This document shows, one piece after another, positions 10,245 to 21,223 of a DNA stretch of 64,000 nt (the stretch's first letter is position 1; each line of letters begins with the position of its first letter). The position numbers were made by a program, and so were the translations under genes. This DNA is from an uncultured Spirochaetota bacterium (GTDB lineage: Bacteria; Spirochaetota; Brevinematia; Brevinematales; JAOACQ01), in the NCBI GenBank assembly GCA_963835575.1, contig CAWIGG010000002.1, positions 1,504,001 through 1,568,000 of the forward strand. The letters are read 5' to 3'. A model generated the notes under the pieces. That model had not been told where the DNA came from and did no database searches. It saw nothing but the letters and a program-made list of their open reading frames with translations.

Positions 10245-11440
10245 GAAAGCGCCTTGCTTTTTACTTTTTTCCATCGGACAAGAACAAAATAAGCATTATC
10301 TTTTACCAATATGCTGTAAATCTGCCCGTAATCATCAACATAAAATCCGAAATTCGCATTATTATCGGATAATATAGGCGCGTAATAAACCTCTTCATTA
10401 TTCATCGGCGAACTGATGTCTATAAACCGGAACCGGATGCCGTGATATTTTTCATCATAAGAATAAAGGACAAGAATATCATCCTTCGTAATTTTAATAA
10501 ATTGGTCGACGTATTTTTTTGTCTGAAAAATATTTTTTGTAATGGCATTCTGAAGAATGCTGTATACGTCCAGCGAATGATACGTTTCATCCGGGGTTTC
10601 AATGGGAATATTATTTTTTTTGACGCTGTAATAGTCGGTATAAATCATAAGCCTTTCATCATTTTTTAAATTATAGATATCGCTGATCCTCCCGACAAAT
10701 ACCCTGTCACCCTTCGTGTTGGTTGAAGAAATATATTTTGTGCTGAATTCGAACAACAGTTCTCCGGAGGGTGAAAACCTCTTGACCATCCATATTTCTT
10801 TATCGTTTTCATACGTCTTATAAAAAGCATACAGATTATCAAACAAATCGATATCGATCCTTTCCGGATAATCCATCGGCTCGGAATGTATGCCGTTATT
10901 CCCTATCGCGTAAACAAATTTACCGTCCGGTGAGAATTTATAGATGTAATAATTATTAAAACCCTTCATCTGGTTCGTTTCGACATAATTCATATCATCC
11001 TGTTCAATCTCGTTTGAATTGTATTTTATATCTATATTGGACAGGGAAGCCAGAACATAAATTTCACCGTATTTATTCAATACAACCTGAAAAGGAATAT
11101 TAAAGCTGTAGCCGTCGCCTGAAGTCCCTAATGAAAACGTATTTGAGCTTCCTTCAGGAGAAAGAGGAAAAACGCTTATTCTCTTATTATACTTATCAGC
11201 GATGTAAAGTTTGTTTTTAAAAATATCAACGGCATGCGGCACATCCAGATAATCCCCGATGATAAAATCGGAGGAATTTGTGAAATAATTGGTCAACAAA
11301 GGAATATTGCTCCCGATATCATTTATGCTGTCGCCCAGCGGAGCGTAAAACACAACTTCATACTGCATAAAATTCGGCCTGTTGCCGCATGAGGCCAGGA
11401 TTACCGCTAAAAACAGACTGATAAAAGTTAATTTTTTCAT
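10241..11440 (-). CDS. Lipoprotein with NHL/beta-propeller-like repeats (LIC_12708-like, spirochaete type)
   Basis: Lipobox LASC; NHL-like segments KLYIADKYNKRISVF and YIYKFSPDGKFVYAIG. The family name is from recall only. Confidence 0.55.
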   Translation of the reverse strand: MKKLTFISLFLAVILASCGNRPNFMQYEVVFYAPLGDSINDIGSNIPLLTNYFTNSSDFIIGDYLDVPHAVDIFKNKLYIADKYNKRISVFPLSPEGSSNTFSLGTSGDGYSFNIPFQVVLNKYGEIYVLASLSNIDIKYNSNEIEQDDMNYVETNQMKGFNNYYIYKFSPDGKFVYAIGNNGIHSEPMDYPERIDIDLFDNLYAFYKTYENDKEIWMVKRFSPSGELLFEFSTKYISSTNTKGDRVFVGRISDIYNLKNDERLMIYTDYYSVKKNNIPIETPDETYHSLDVYSILQNAITKNIFQTKKYVDQFIKITKDDILVLYSYDEKYHGIRFRFIDISSPMNNEEVYYAPILSDNNANFGFYVDDYGQIYSILVKDNAYFVLVRWKKVKSKALS

Positions 11441-12561
11441 TATTTCACCTTTTTATAATAATCAAGGGCCAGGCTGTTCAACACATCCACTCCTTTTTTC
11501 AGGACTTCATCCTTTGTGGTAAAGCAGATCCTGAAATGCGTATTGACCTCGGAAAACACATTGCCCGGTATAATGAGCACCTTCTTTTCTATCGCCAGTT
11601 CTACAAATTCGGAAACATCTCCCGCTTTAAGACCGGGGAACATATAAAAAGCGCCTTTCGGCTTGACTATATTAAAATTATCCTTCAAGCCTTCATAAAT
11701 GATGTCCCTCTTTTTCTTATAGCTCTCGCGGTAATGCGACGTGTCCATATCCAGCGCGGCGACCGCGGCGTACTGGAAGGGGGCCGGCGCGCAGACAAAA
11801 GAATACTGCTGTATCTTGATCATCTGGGCTATCAGGTCGCTGTTGCCGACCGCGTAACCCAGCCTCCAGCCCGTCATCGCGTATGTTTTTGAAAAGCCGC
11901 CGAGGATCAATATATTATCATAATAGGTTGCTGGGCTTTCAAAAGGGCTGTCATAAACAAAGCCGTCGTAAATCTCGTCGGTGATCAGGAGAATATTCTT
12001 TTCCTTCGCCACTTTAATGACAGTATCAAGGTCCTTTTTAGAATAGACATAGCCTGTCGGGTTTGTCGGACTGTTGATAATGATGGCTTTTGTTTTACCG
12101 CTGATCGCTTTTCTGAGCTTATCTTCATTAATCTGAAAATCAGGATATGTATCGACGATCACCGGTTTCGCGTCTATCAGGTTGATCAGATGCTTGTACA
12201 TAACAAAATACGGGTCAAAAAAGACAATCTCGTCCCCGGCGTCCAGTATGGAAATCAATGCCAGGAATAATCCGCCCGATGTGCCGGAAGTAATAATCAC
12301 TTCATTGGGACCGAATTTCCTCTTCCTTGTTTTTTCTATATGACCCAAAACCTTTTCCCTTAATTCACCTATTCCCTGCGTCAAAGTATAGCGGTTAAAG
12401 CCCTTTCTGATCGCTTCAATCGCGACATTCTTTAATTCTTCAGGCACATCATAATCCGGCTGGCCGATGCTGAAATCAATCGGGTTTTCAATTTTCGCCG
12501 CTAGCTCAAAAACTTTTCTTATTCCCGAAGAATCTACACGCAGCGCTCTTTTTGATATCAT
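11440..12561 (-). CDS. PLP-dependent aminotransferase class I/II
   Basis: NSPTNPTG, ITDEIY, GFSKTYAMTGWRLG. Confidence 0.93.
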   Translation of the reverse strand: MISKRALRVDSSGIRKVFELAAKIENPIDFSIGQPDYDVPEELKNVAIEAIRKGFNRYTLTQGIGELREKVLGHIEKTRKRKFGPNEVIITSGTSGGLFLALISILDAGDEIVFFDPYFVMYKHLINLIDAKPVIVDTYPDFQINEDKLRKAISGKTKAIIINSPTNPTGYVYSKKDLDTVIKVAKEKNILLITDEIYDGFVYDSPFESPATYYDNILILGGFSKTYAMTGWRLGYAVGNSDLIAQMIKIQQYSFVCAPAPFQYAAVAALDMDTSHYRESYKKKRDIIYEGLKDNFNIVKPKGAFYMFPGLKAGDVSEFVELAIEKKVLIIPGNVFSEVNTHFRICFTTKDEVLKKGVDVLNSLALDYYKKVK

Positions 12562-12766
12562 AATGATAACCTCTTAAAATCATTTTTTATTATTACTTAC
12601 TCTTTATTAGCTTTAATAAAAAACAACCCCATTCATATTTTAAGGCAATTCCTTTAAAAATCCAACTTTTTCTACTAATGTTCATATTTACAGCTTGATT
12701 TAAGCCGCTTACAATATACAGCAGCCTGATAAAAATATGTTTGAAAGGGTATTTTACATATAAAAT

Positions 12767-14076
12767 CAAGACCTTTGCACAATTATATAAATTCCAGCCA
12801 TCCGACATAAATTAAAAATTTTTGGGATGGGTTAAACTCAAAATAATAACATTTATAGCCAATGCCCCGGCCTTACGGGTTTTGGTCCCCTCTTTAGGGG
12901 CTTTTTTCAGCTTTAACCCGCTGAAAAAGGGATTCTGAACGCAGTTCGCCCTATACCTCAAAACAGATTCTTGCGGCTTTCTTTAAGTTGAACGCCATCG
13001 CTTTTAAATAAAACTCCATTTCACCTTTTTCACATCCCAGATAACGCATCCGGTCAAATCCATAATGATGTTTGAGTGTTCCGATGGTCTGCTCCGCAAG
13101 ATAACGAAATCCGCTAATCAACCGGTTGAAAATTTTTTCCCGTTCCGTCAATTCCCGTCCTCGCGCGGCCTTCCTCATTATTCTGCTTTTCATCTTCTTC
13201 TCTTTAAGCATATCCCGGTTATCCTGGCTTGCATTCCCCCTTGTCCGCCGCCACCGATGATTTTTCATTCAATCCGATTTCCTCTACAACCTGTTTGATT
13301 TCGTTCATGTCTGACACATTCGCTCCTGTGACATGCCCGCCCAGAATAAAACCATTCCGGTCATCTACCGCCATATGCACTTTATATCCATAAAATACCT
13401 TTTTCCCCTTAACCAGCCACTTTGAGTCTGTATCATCAGAATAGCTGACTTCCGGATATGAAACATCCTGCTTTTCTTCCTCTTTGCGATCTTCCGGTAT
13501 GCTTTCCGTTTCCACAACCCTGCGCGGACGGCGTGATGATTGCACCACTGTCGCATCCACAATTGCGCCTTTCTTGATTAATATTTGATTTCCCTCTAAC
13601 TGTATATTGATTTCATTTAAAAGCTTTTTCGTAAACTCCCAAATCCTTCAATTCATTCCTGAACCGGCAGATGGTACTGTGATCAGGCACGTCGCTCGTA
13701 AGTGATAAGCCCGCAAAGCGGACAAAAGATATTCTATCAATCAATTCCTCTTCCATCTGCGGATCAGAAAGATCATACCATGTTTGTAATAACAGGATTT
13801 TGAACATAGCCAGACTCGGTTAAGCCGGACTTCCTACTGCGTTGAAGAACTTTTTGTATTTCTTCCTGATAATTCTTTCTATCCTTGTCCAATTAATCAG
13901 TCTTAAAATCTGTTCTAAAAATGTAACTTTTTTCTCTTTTCGGCAGCTGATCTCGTAATCTGCCCAACTATCCGGCTTTGTTTTTATTGCCATAATTTTA
14001 CCTCTTTAACTTATATATTATGGCATAGATTGAAGTTAATCTCATGTTTCCATGAAGTAACCGTGCAAAGGTCTTG
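12767..14076 (-). mobile_element. IS5-family (IS1106-like) element, degenerate
   Basis: 14-bp perfect terminal inverted repeat (TIR) CAAGACCTTTGCAC / GTGCAAAGGTCTTG; AAT on both flanks. Confidence 0.9.
12951..13993 (-). pseudogene. IS5-family transposase pseudogene
   Basis: Homologous to 15149-16189 but with a premature TAA (PA*P versus PAYP) and frameshifts that split it into three ORF fragments. Confidence 0.9.
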
Positions 14077-14201
14077 AATTATTAATTCAAATTTAACTTG
14101 AAAGTAACAGGATAGAAATTATTTTTTAAAATATTTCCTAAATGTAATAGATAAAAAGGTAGTATATATATAAGAAAAGGTTTTTAATAAAAAAAGGAGA
14201 A

Positions 14202-14357
14202 ATGCAGGTGGATATGAATGATTTTGAGGACCTATTCAAACTTAATGTCTTTAATGACTGTACGCCTGATTTTGAAGCTGTCTGGAACACAATAATGGTC
14301 TCAAATGAAAAGGCGGTAAATAAGATTAAAGAGGACAATGAAACCTTCAGGGAATAA
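14202..14357 (+). CDS. Small hypothetical protein (about 47-51 aa)
   Basis: AAGGAGA RBS followed by MQVDMNDFEDLFKLNVFNDCTPDFEAVWNTIMVSNEKAVNKIKEDNETFRE*. The start codon is uncertain. Confidence 0.4.
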   Translation: MQVDMNDFEDLFKLNVFNDCTPDFEAVWNTIMVSNEKAVNKIKEDNETFRE

Positions 14358-14507
14358 TAAAAACATTGTCTAAAGGTTCCTGATCTGAAATGAGTCGGCT
14401 GCAGTTCTGTTGACAGGTTTTGATGCCGGTTTTAATTTATTCGACTCTTTCATCAAATTTCATCCCAATTTAAAAAAAATTTCTTATCTTTGTCAAAGAA
14501 TTATTCT

Positions 14508-14617
14508 AGGAATTTCCAAAAACCGCTATAAATATCAAATCGGTTTTTGGTATGCTTGTAATGCTGTTCTTTATGTATAATCTATTTTTGATTCTTTTGT
14601 TATTTTCAGAACTGCTC
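14508..14617 (-). repeat. Degenerate short copy of the palindromic MITE-like family
   Basis: The reverse complement reads GAGCAGTTCTGAAAATAACAAAA...CCAAAAACCGATTTGATATTTATAGCGGTTTTTGGAAATTCC and aligns by eye to 56758-56877. Confidence 0.65.
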
Positions 14618-15066
14618 TAAACTTATGAAAGAGACCTCAGAGTTGAAAAAATATTTTTTCATTCCATTTCAAAAATGAGCCACAAAAATCGTATTATATT
14701 AATAATATAGAAATAAAAAATATTTTAAATTTCTGAGAAGAGATAAAAATGCATATACGATTAAAATTCAACCTGATTATTAGTTTGTTGGCCACAGGTA
14801 TTATTTCATTATGTACTTCATGCTCTCTAATACCCGATTCAAATCAAGCTGACAGCTCAATACCCGATAACGGCATAATTACCGTTTCCAATCTGACTAA
14901 CGGCGAAGCTATAAATTACGAGCTGCCTATAATTAAAGGAAAATTACAGTATTACTCTGATCAGGTAAGTATTACCGCGAATGGAACAACAAGCTGCTGG
15001 AAGGCTGCCAAATATACTCTTTCATTCAGCGGTCTAGTTCATTTAATTCCGGGTAATAATGAAATT

Positions 15067-16363
15067 GAGACCTTTGCACGGTAAATTGATAAAAAGGAGT
15101 GTATAATTTCAATATATGCCATAATATACTGTTAGGGGAGAGGTTAATATGGCGATAAAAACAAAGCCTGACGGTTGGGCAGATTATGAGATCAATTCCC
15201 GAAAGCAGAAAGGCATCACATTTTTAGACCAAGTATTAATACTGATCGACTGGACAAAAATCGAGAAGATAATCCGTAAGAAATACAAGAAGTACTTTAA
15301 TGCGGTAGGGAGCCCTGCTTATCCGAGTCTTGTGATGTTTAAAGTTCTACTTTTACAGACATGGTATGATCTCTCAGACCCTGTGACAGAAGAATATCTG
15401 CTCAACTGGATACCAGCGTCACGCTTTGTAGGCTTATCGCTTGCAAGTGATGTGCCTGATCACAGTACAATTTGCAGGTTTCGAAATGAATTGAAGGAAT
15501 TGGGAGTTTACGAAAAGCTCTTTAACGAAATCAATCGCCAGTTAGAGGAACAAGAGTTACTAATTAAAAAGGGTGCGATTGTAGACGCTACAGTGATAGA
15601 GTCGGCAAGACGACCGCGAAAGGTAGTGGAAACGGAAAGTATTCCTCTAGATCGCAAAGAGGAAGAAAAAGCAGAAGCTTCCAATCCAAATATAACTTAC
15701 TCTGATGACACAGACGCGAAATGGCTGGTCAAGGGGAAAAAAGTTGTTTATGGTTATAAGTTGCATATGGCGGTAGACGATCAGAACGGATTTATTCTTG
15801 GAGGTCATGTAACAAGCGCGAATATTTCAGACATGAACGAAATAAAACAGGTTGTAGAAGAAATTGGATTAAAGGAAAAATCATCAGTAGCAGCAGATAA
15901 AGGATATGCAAGCCAGGAAAATCGGGACATGCTTAAAGAAAAAAAGATGAAAAGCAGGATTATGAGAAAAGCGGCTCGAGGCTGGGCTTTGACAGAACGA
16001 GAGAAGATATTCAATCGTTTAATCAGCGGGTTTCGCTATATTGTAGAACAGACAACCGGCATACTCAAACAACACTACGGTTTTAAGAGAATGCGTTATC
16101 TGGGATGCGAGAAAGGAGAAATGGAGTTTTATTTAAAAGCAATGGCATTAAATTTAAAAAAAGCGGCAAGAATATGTTTTGAGGTATAGGGTGAACTGCG
16201 CCCAAAAGCCCTTTTTCAGCGGGATAAAGCTGAAAAACACCTGGAAATCCTTAATGTTTCGGGTTAACGGTGATAGAAATCATCAAATTCTATGCTAAAT
16301 CTGAATTTAAATTTTTTATCCGGGGCGGATAGCAGGGGATTAGTCAATTATGCAAAGGTCTTT
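15067..16363 (+). mobile_element. IS5-family (IS1106-like) element, apparently intact
   Basis: TIR GAGACCTTTGCA / TGCAAAGGTCTT; AATT (or AAT) on both flanks. Confidence 0.92.
15149..16189 (+). CDS. IS5-family DDE transposase
   Basis: LLQTWYDLSD, VPDHSTICRFR, IVDATVI, YGYKLHMAVD, ADKGY. Confidence 0.95.
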   Translation: MAIKTKPDGWADYEINSRKQKGITFLDQVLILIDWTKIEKIIRKKYKKYFNAVGSPAYPSLVMFKVLLLQTWYDLSDPVTEEYLLNWIPASRFVGLSLASDVPDHSTICRFRNELKELGVYEKLFNEINRQLEEQELLIKKGAIVDATVIESARRPRKVVETESIPLDRKEEEKAEASNPNITYSDDTDAKWLVKGKKVVYGYKLHMAVDDQNGFILGGHVTSANISDMNEIKQVVEEIGLKEKSSVAADKGYASQENRDMLKEKKMKSRIMRKAARGWALTEREKIFNRLISGFRYIVEQTTGILKQHYGFKRMRYLGCEKGEMEFYLKAMALNLKKAARICFEV

Positions 16364-17404
16364 AATTACTATTACGGCCCAGCATCATGAAACCCAAGTA
16401 TTCAACATCAAATATATTCCGCAGGACAGTTATGCTTATAAGATCAAATTCATTTATGTCCTGGCTTCCGACGGCGACGGTTCATTCCCTTCCCTTGCCG
16501 ATATGGACAATTCACTGTCGTCAGCTAAAAAAAGACTGGCGCTTTTCGCATTAATGATGCAGTCAGCCTATGCTGAAACACTTTACGAAAGCGGTTACGG
16601 CCGGAAAACATTCACGATATACCGGCCTGCCGGCCAGGATAGAGCCGACTTTATTGTCGTTCAACGGGTCCCTAAAACCCTGGCGCAGATGCGGGATCAA
16701 TACAAAATCACTGAAACCGTGGATACATCCTATGATTTTTATGATTATATCGTGAGCCAGGTCCGTTCCGATTCAAGTCATATTAAGAATTTTGTGGTCT
16801 CAGGAATGAGTAAAAAGGATAATACCGGCGACTATTGTATCGCTTGGCTCGGCGGGGGTGATCTCGCAATGGTGGACGATTTCGCAATATATACTTTTCC
16901 TGAAGATTATTCGGAATTAATAAACACATTTTCGAATAATAAAATCGATCCTATAGATGAAATAATGGGAACAACCGGCACCGCATGCCAGCGTTTTGCG
17001 ACCTTCGGGGGAGCTTCCATGCATGAACTCGGTCATACTTTCGGTCTGCATCATCCGGACGATACACGTGTTCTCAAGCTGGATCAGAATGGGAATCCGG
17101 TTCTGGATGAGCATGGAAATTATGTTTTGACTGTTGATTATAGCGCCATTATGTCAAGATGCTATCAGTTTGATTATACATTTTCTGCCGCAACCAGCGC
17201 TGGATACCCCATTTCAAAGAATATGATCCCGAAATGGATCTGGGCTTATGATGACGGATCGAATATCCTCAATAATGAGCCGGAAATATTAACTCAATCA
17301 TCATGGATCAGATGAAAAAGAGCGTGACCGTGAAAACCCAATGACATAAAAAAATAGAAAAAACTCTTTCTTGATTAAATAAAGGCGATAAAATAAAATA
17401 TCCT

Positions 17405-18022
17405 ATGCTTAAAATGATTTTTGATTATTTCATCACCCTTTTTGTCATCATCGATCCTTCCGTCTCGCTTGTCATTCTTCTTTCCGTTCTGCCTCAGTCG
17501 AAGGATAAAAACACGGCCCGGATCGCCTTTAAATCCTCCCTGGCCGTGCTGATCGGAAGCGCGGTCTGCATTCTATTGGGGACTTTAGTCCTTCATTTTT
17601 TCGGCGTTGATATCGCATCCTTTAAAGTGATGGGCGGTATCATACTGATCCTCCTGGCCGTTCAGATGGTCCAGGCAAAGATCAGCACAACGCGTTATGC
17701 TGAAAAGGGAGCGGACGAATCCAAACAAAAAGCCGATATATCAATTATTCCCCTGGCCATACCGGGCACACTCGGGCCCGGCACAATCACTACCCTTTTG
17801 ATATACCGGAGCCAGACGGACTGGACAGGCTTTCTGGCTCTTTTTATAGCCGTCTTTATGAACTGTGTTATCCTTTTCTTTATTCTTTCCTACGCGAAAA
17901 AGCTTGAGAACCTGCTGGGAAAAACAATCATCAATATGTTCACACGCTTTATGGGATTGATGGTCGGCGCCATAGCCGTTCAGTTCATCATTTCCGGCGC
18001 CAAAGAATTATGGATGAAATAA
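17405..18022 (+). CDS. MarC family membrane protein
   Basis: LFVIIDP, IPLAIPGTLGPGTIT, TRFMGL. Confidence 0.92.
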   Translation: MLKMIFDYFITLFVIIDPSVSLVILLSVLPQSKDKNTARIAFKSSLAVLIGSAVCILLGTLVLHFFGVDIASFKVMGGIILILLAVQMVQAKISTTRYAEKGADESKQKADISIIPLAIPGTLGPGTITTLLIYRSQTDWTGFLALFIAVFMNCVILFFILSYAKKLENLLGKTIINMFTRFMGLMVGAIAVQFIISGAKELWMK

Positions 18023-18892
18023 ATGAATCAAGGCTCCTGCGGGATCGCCGTTCTCTATTTCAACAAGCCGGCCATTACAAAGCGCTGTATCGCTTCAATC
18101 CTGAAAGCCGGCTATCGGCTGGGTTACGTCTTCGCTTTTGACAATGCATCCAGTCTTGAATGCTCGGAAGAAATAAAACAAGAATTTCCAGATATTAATC
18201 ATCTTCGTATTGAGAAGAATAAAGGTTATTCCGGCGGTTTTAACCGCGCGCTTCAATGGCTTTTTTCGCGGGGTTTTGATTCCGCTCTCTTCTGTACAAA
18301 CGATACGATCGTCTATCCCGGCGCCGCAGAAGAGAGCCTGGCCGCCGCAAAGGCTTCCGGAGCGGAAATAGCCGCTCCATGCATAATATACCTGAACCGG
18401 GAGAATGAGATTGATTCCATAGGCGGCTTTTTTGATATTGACGGCTTTACGCTCCGGCATTACCATCAACCCGGTCTGCCTGAATTATTAATCCCATTTC
18501 AGGATTATGCCCCGGGCACCGCTTTATGGCTGTCAGTAAAAGCCTTTGAAAGCCTGAACGGTATGGACGAATCCTTCTTTACATACTGGGAGGACGCGGA
18601 CTTCTGCTTCCGCGCCCATCAGAATAATATAAAAATCGCCCGCAGTTACGGGACCAAAATCGGCCATGCGGTCGGCAAGACATGCCACAAAAAACCTCTC
18701 TATACAGCTTTTTATTTTCAAAGGAACCGGGTCCGCTTCTGCGGCCGCTACCTTGAAGGAACCCAGAGAAAAACAGCCCGGCTGCTGATTGAAGCAGAGA
18801 TTGATGCCCTCGAGAAAAAGTGGAGAATTAAAAATGATGCAAACCGGATAAAATACCTTCCCGAAATTCATAAAGAACTGGATTCTCTTTAA
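18023..18892 (+). CDS. Glycosyltransferase family 2
   Basis: DNAS, NKGYSGGFN, MDESFFTYWEDADFCFR. Confidence 0.88.
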   Translation: MNQGSCGIAVLYFNKPAITKRCIASILKAGYRLGYVFAFDNASSLECSEEIKQEFPDINHLRIEKNKGYSGGFNRALQWLFSRGFDSALFCTNDTIVYPGAAEESLAAAKASGAEIAAPCIIYLNRENEIDSIGGFFDIDGFTLRHYHQPGLPELLIPFQDYAPGTALWLSVKAFESLNGMDESFFTYWEDADFCFRAHQNNIKIARSYGTKIGHAVGKTCHKKPLYTAFYFQRNRVRFCGRYLEGTQRKTARLLIEAEIDALEKKWRIKNDANRIKYLPEIHKELDSL

Positions 18893-19643
18893 AAGCATTT
18901 GCCGCTTCCCATGTGCCCAGGTCAAAATAATCATAAAGCTTGAAGGATAAGGGCGGATAAAAATTTGTTTTCTCCAATACCGCTTTCTGATGTAAAACAG
19001 ATTTTCTCAGGAATTCATACAGCCCGCCCGCCGCTTCTCTTCTGAAACCGTAGCATGCCCAGAAGCCGTTATAGCGGGAAAAATTCCTCTCCGGTTTGTC
19101 CTGAAAGGCGATTACCCGTCCGTTTTTAGAATAAAGAGCGCCCAGGCTTCTCAGCCTTTCCGTATCGGCGCAGGGCACATAGCCGAACACAGCGGCGCCT
19201 TTATTCAGCCTTTTCATGGCTATTTCAACCAGGCAATCGCCTTTATTATCAGTAAACGGATAGCCTTTAGAAAGCAGTATCACAGAGTCCGGTAATAGGA
19301 CAAGATTATTATCTGAAAATACCGATTCCGCCGAATAAACCGATCCCGGCCATTCATAATAACTGTCGTTAAAATAAACCATTGCCGCTTTCATGCCGCT
19401 GAAGCGGCTTTTGACATATTCAAAAACATCTTCCTTGCCCTTCCTGACGACAACGGCAATCCCTGCTCTTTCCATAAAAGAAGGACTTTTTTCAACAGCT
19501 TTTTTAATATGCATGAGAGAAAAATCGATTAATTTCAGCCCCGGGATTATTTCATACAGCTCTTTAGGTGTTTTTAAGCCCAGTCGTCTGCCTTCTCCTG
19601 CGCAGGGTATAATAAGTGTTAAATCTTTCTTTAAACCATCCAT
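18828..19643 (-). CDS. Sugar-phosphate nucleotidyltransferase-like protein
   Basis: IIPCAGEGRRLG...PKEL, LLPD, YFDLGTW. Confidence 0.75.
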   Translation of the reverse strand: MDGLKKDLTLIIPCAGEGRRLGLKTPKELYEIIPGLKLIDFSLMHIKKAVEKSPSFMERAGIAVVVRKGKEDVFEYVKSRFSGMKAAMVYFNDSYYEWPGSVYSAESVFSDNNLVLLPDSVILLSKGYPFTDNKGDCLVEIAMKRLNKGAAVFGYVPCADTERLRSLGALYSKNGRVIAFQDKPERNFSRYNGFWACYGFRREAAGGLYEFLRKSVLHQKAVLEKTNFYPPLSFKLYDYFDLGTWEAANAFKENPVLYEFREGILSGLHHF

Positions 19644-19718
19644 ATAGCCGCCATTAATATATAAAAATATGAAAAAAGATAAAGCCGATCCCGGTTTCTG
19701 TCAAAAATAATATATAAA

Positions 19719-21002
19719 GGGCGGTTTTAAAAACCGCCTAATTTATCAACACTTCCCTGATAATAGAAAATATTTTCAAAATATTTCTGCCAACAGGTTA
19801 AAAACTGTTTCTATTACCAAAATTCAGGCAAACACGGGCAATATTATCCATATCTTCTGCATTTTAAGCCGCACAAGACGCAATTCGACCTTTTACCACA
19901 ACATACCGTGCTAAATTATAAACCAGATTCATCAGCCCGATTTGGCTCTCTGCCCTTTCTTTTCCTATCGATCGTATTGTACTGCCGTTCATACTATTTT
20001 CAACAAAACCAAAAACATGCTCAACACGAACTCGGATGCGGCTCTTTCTTCTATTTTTTTCTTTCTGCTTCTCCGTCAATGGCTTATTTCTGTATCCTTT
20101 TTCGTGAATCCGGTTTTTCATCTCAAATTTTTCTAATATTCCTGCTACCGTTGGGCCAACATATGCGCTGTCCGCGTAAAACGGCTTCCCTTTGTCTTTC
20201 TCATTCAATAGAGGTTCAACTACCTGTGAATCGTGAACGCTCGCATCTGTCGTGACATAAGAACGAATAAGTTTTGACTTCACATCAACCTTTGTATGGT
20301 TTTTGTATCCGTAATGCCTCTCTTTATTCTTGGTCATCCAGCGCGCATCCGTGTCTTTATGGGAAAGCTTATGCGTATTATCTTTCCAATCTTCCGGAAC
20401 CTCGCCTTCTTTTATTTTCTTGTTTTCTTCGCGGCTGTTCCTCTGCCGGGGAACATCCACAAAACTTGCGTCTACCATAACGCCCGCTTTCCCTATCACA
20501 CCTTTATTCTCAAGATTCTCATCGAATATTTTAAAAAGTTTCTCTATTGCTTTCGCTTTCATCAGTTTTTCCTTGAATTCCCAGATTTTACTGTAGTCCG
20601 GAACTTTGTCCGAAAGTGTTATCCCAAGATATCGCTGAACGGATAACCTGTCATTGATCTGAAATTCCGCTTGCTCATCGGAAAGATTGTAATACCTCTG
20701 GAATATCAGTATCTTGAACATGAAAACATAGTCATAATGTGGCGCTCCGCCCGGCGCCTTCTGCTCTTTCGGCGCCAAAATCTCTGTTAACAGCGGCCGG
20801 AACATCTCAAAGTCTACAACCCTGTTAAGCTTATCCAGCGGTGTTTTTACGCCGCTTAGCTTTTCCATCCGCTCCTGATATTCAAACAAGTTACGGTCTT
20901 TCCGCTTAATTTTTGTCATAGCCTTACCTCTGTTTTCTTTGACTATGATTATATGTTTTTATATACTATTTGTATATGATACGTGGGTTTTTCAAACCGC
21001 CC
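19719..21002 (-). mobile_element. IS5-family element
   Basis: TIR GGGCGGTTTTAAAAACC / GGTTTTTCAAACCGCCC; 4-bp TSD TAAA at 19715-19718 and 21003-21006. Confidence 0.92.
19864..20919 (-). CDS. IS5-family DDE transposase
   Basis: FQRYYNLSD, VDASFV, DTDARW, YGYKNH, YADSAY, RVRVEHVFG. Confidence 0.95.
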   Translation of the reverse strand: MTKIKRKDRNLFEYQERMEKLSGVKTPLDKLNRVVDFEMFRPLLTEILAPKEQKAPGGAPHYDYVFMFKILIFQRYYNLSDEQAEFQINDRLSVQRYLGITLSDKVPDYSKIWEFKEKLMKAKAIEKLFKIFDENLENKGVIGKAGVMVDASFVDVPRQRNSREENKKIKEGEVPEDWKDNTHKLSHKDTDARWMTKNKERHYGYKNHTKVDVKSKLIRSYVTTDASVHDSQVVEPLLNEKDKGKPFYADSAYVGPTVAGILEKFEMKNRIHEKGYRNKPLTEKQKEKNRRKSRIRVRVEHVFGFVENSMNGSTIRSIGKERAESQIGLMNLVYNLARYVVVKGRIASCAA

Positions 21003-21223
21003 TAAAATCATTCACTGGATATTTCACAAAATAAATATTTTGCTTTATAATTTTATCTGTATTTTATCAGGTCCTATTGATATAGGGTGCCTGCCATTTA
21101 TTACAGAATTAATAAAAAAACATAAACAGCTTTAGTGTCCTGCTTTCATCATTTATCTTGACGATTTAGCGGTTTTTTATTATATTCTACCATTAAATTA
21201 TTATAATATTAAGGAGAAGAAAT

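Larger units (their letters stand above)
14749..17315 (+). pseudogene. Lipoprotein zinc metallopeptidase interrupted by an IS5 element
   Basis: Joining 14749-15066 to 16368-17315 gives a continuous 421-aa frame (GNNEI|TITAQ). It has a Cys lipobox, HELGHTFGLHH (HEXXHXXGXXH) and a downstream AIMS Met-turn-like motif. Confidence 0.85.

Noticed and set aside
12767..16363. Composite transposon formed by the two IS1106-like elements
   Set aside because: The copies are clearly diverged, one is decayed, and the second sits inside a gene that rejoins in frame on its own.
21003..21223. Missing groES and CIRCE element upstream of groL
   Set aside because: Neither was seen, but a monocistronic groL is ordinary in spirochaetes.
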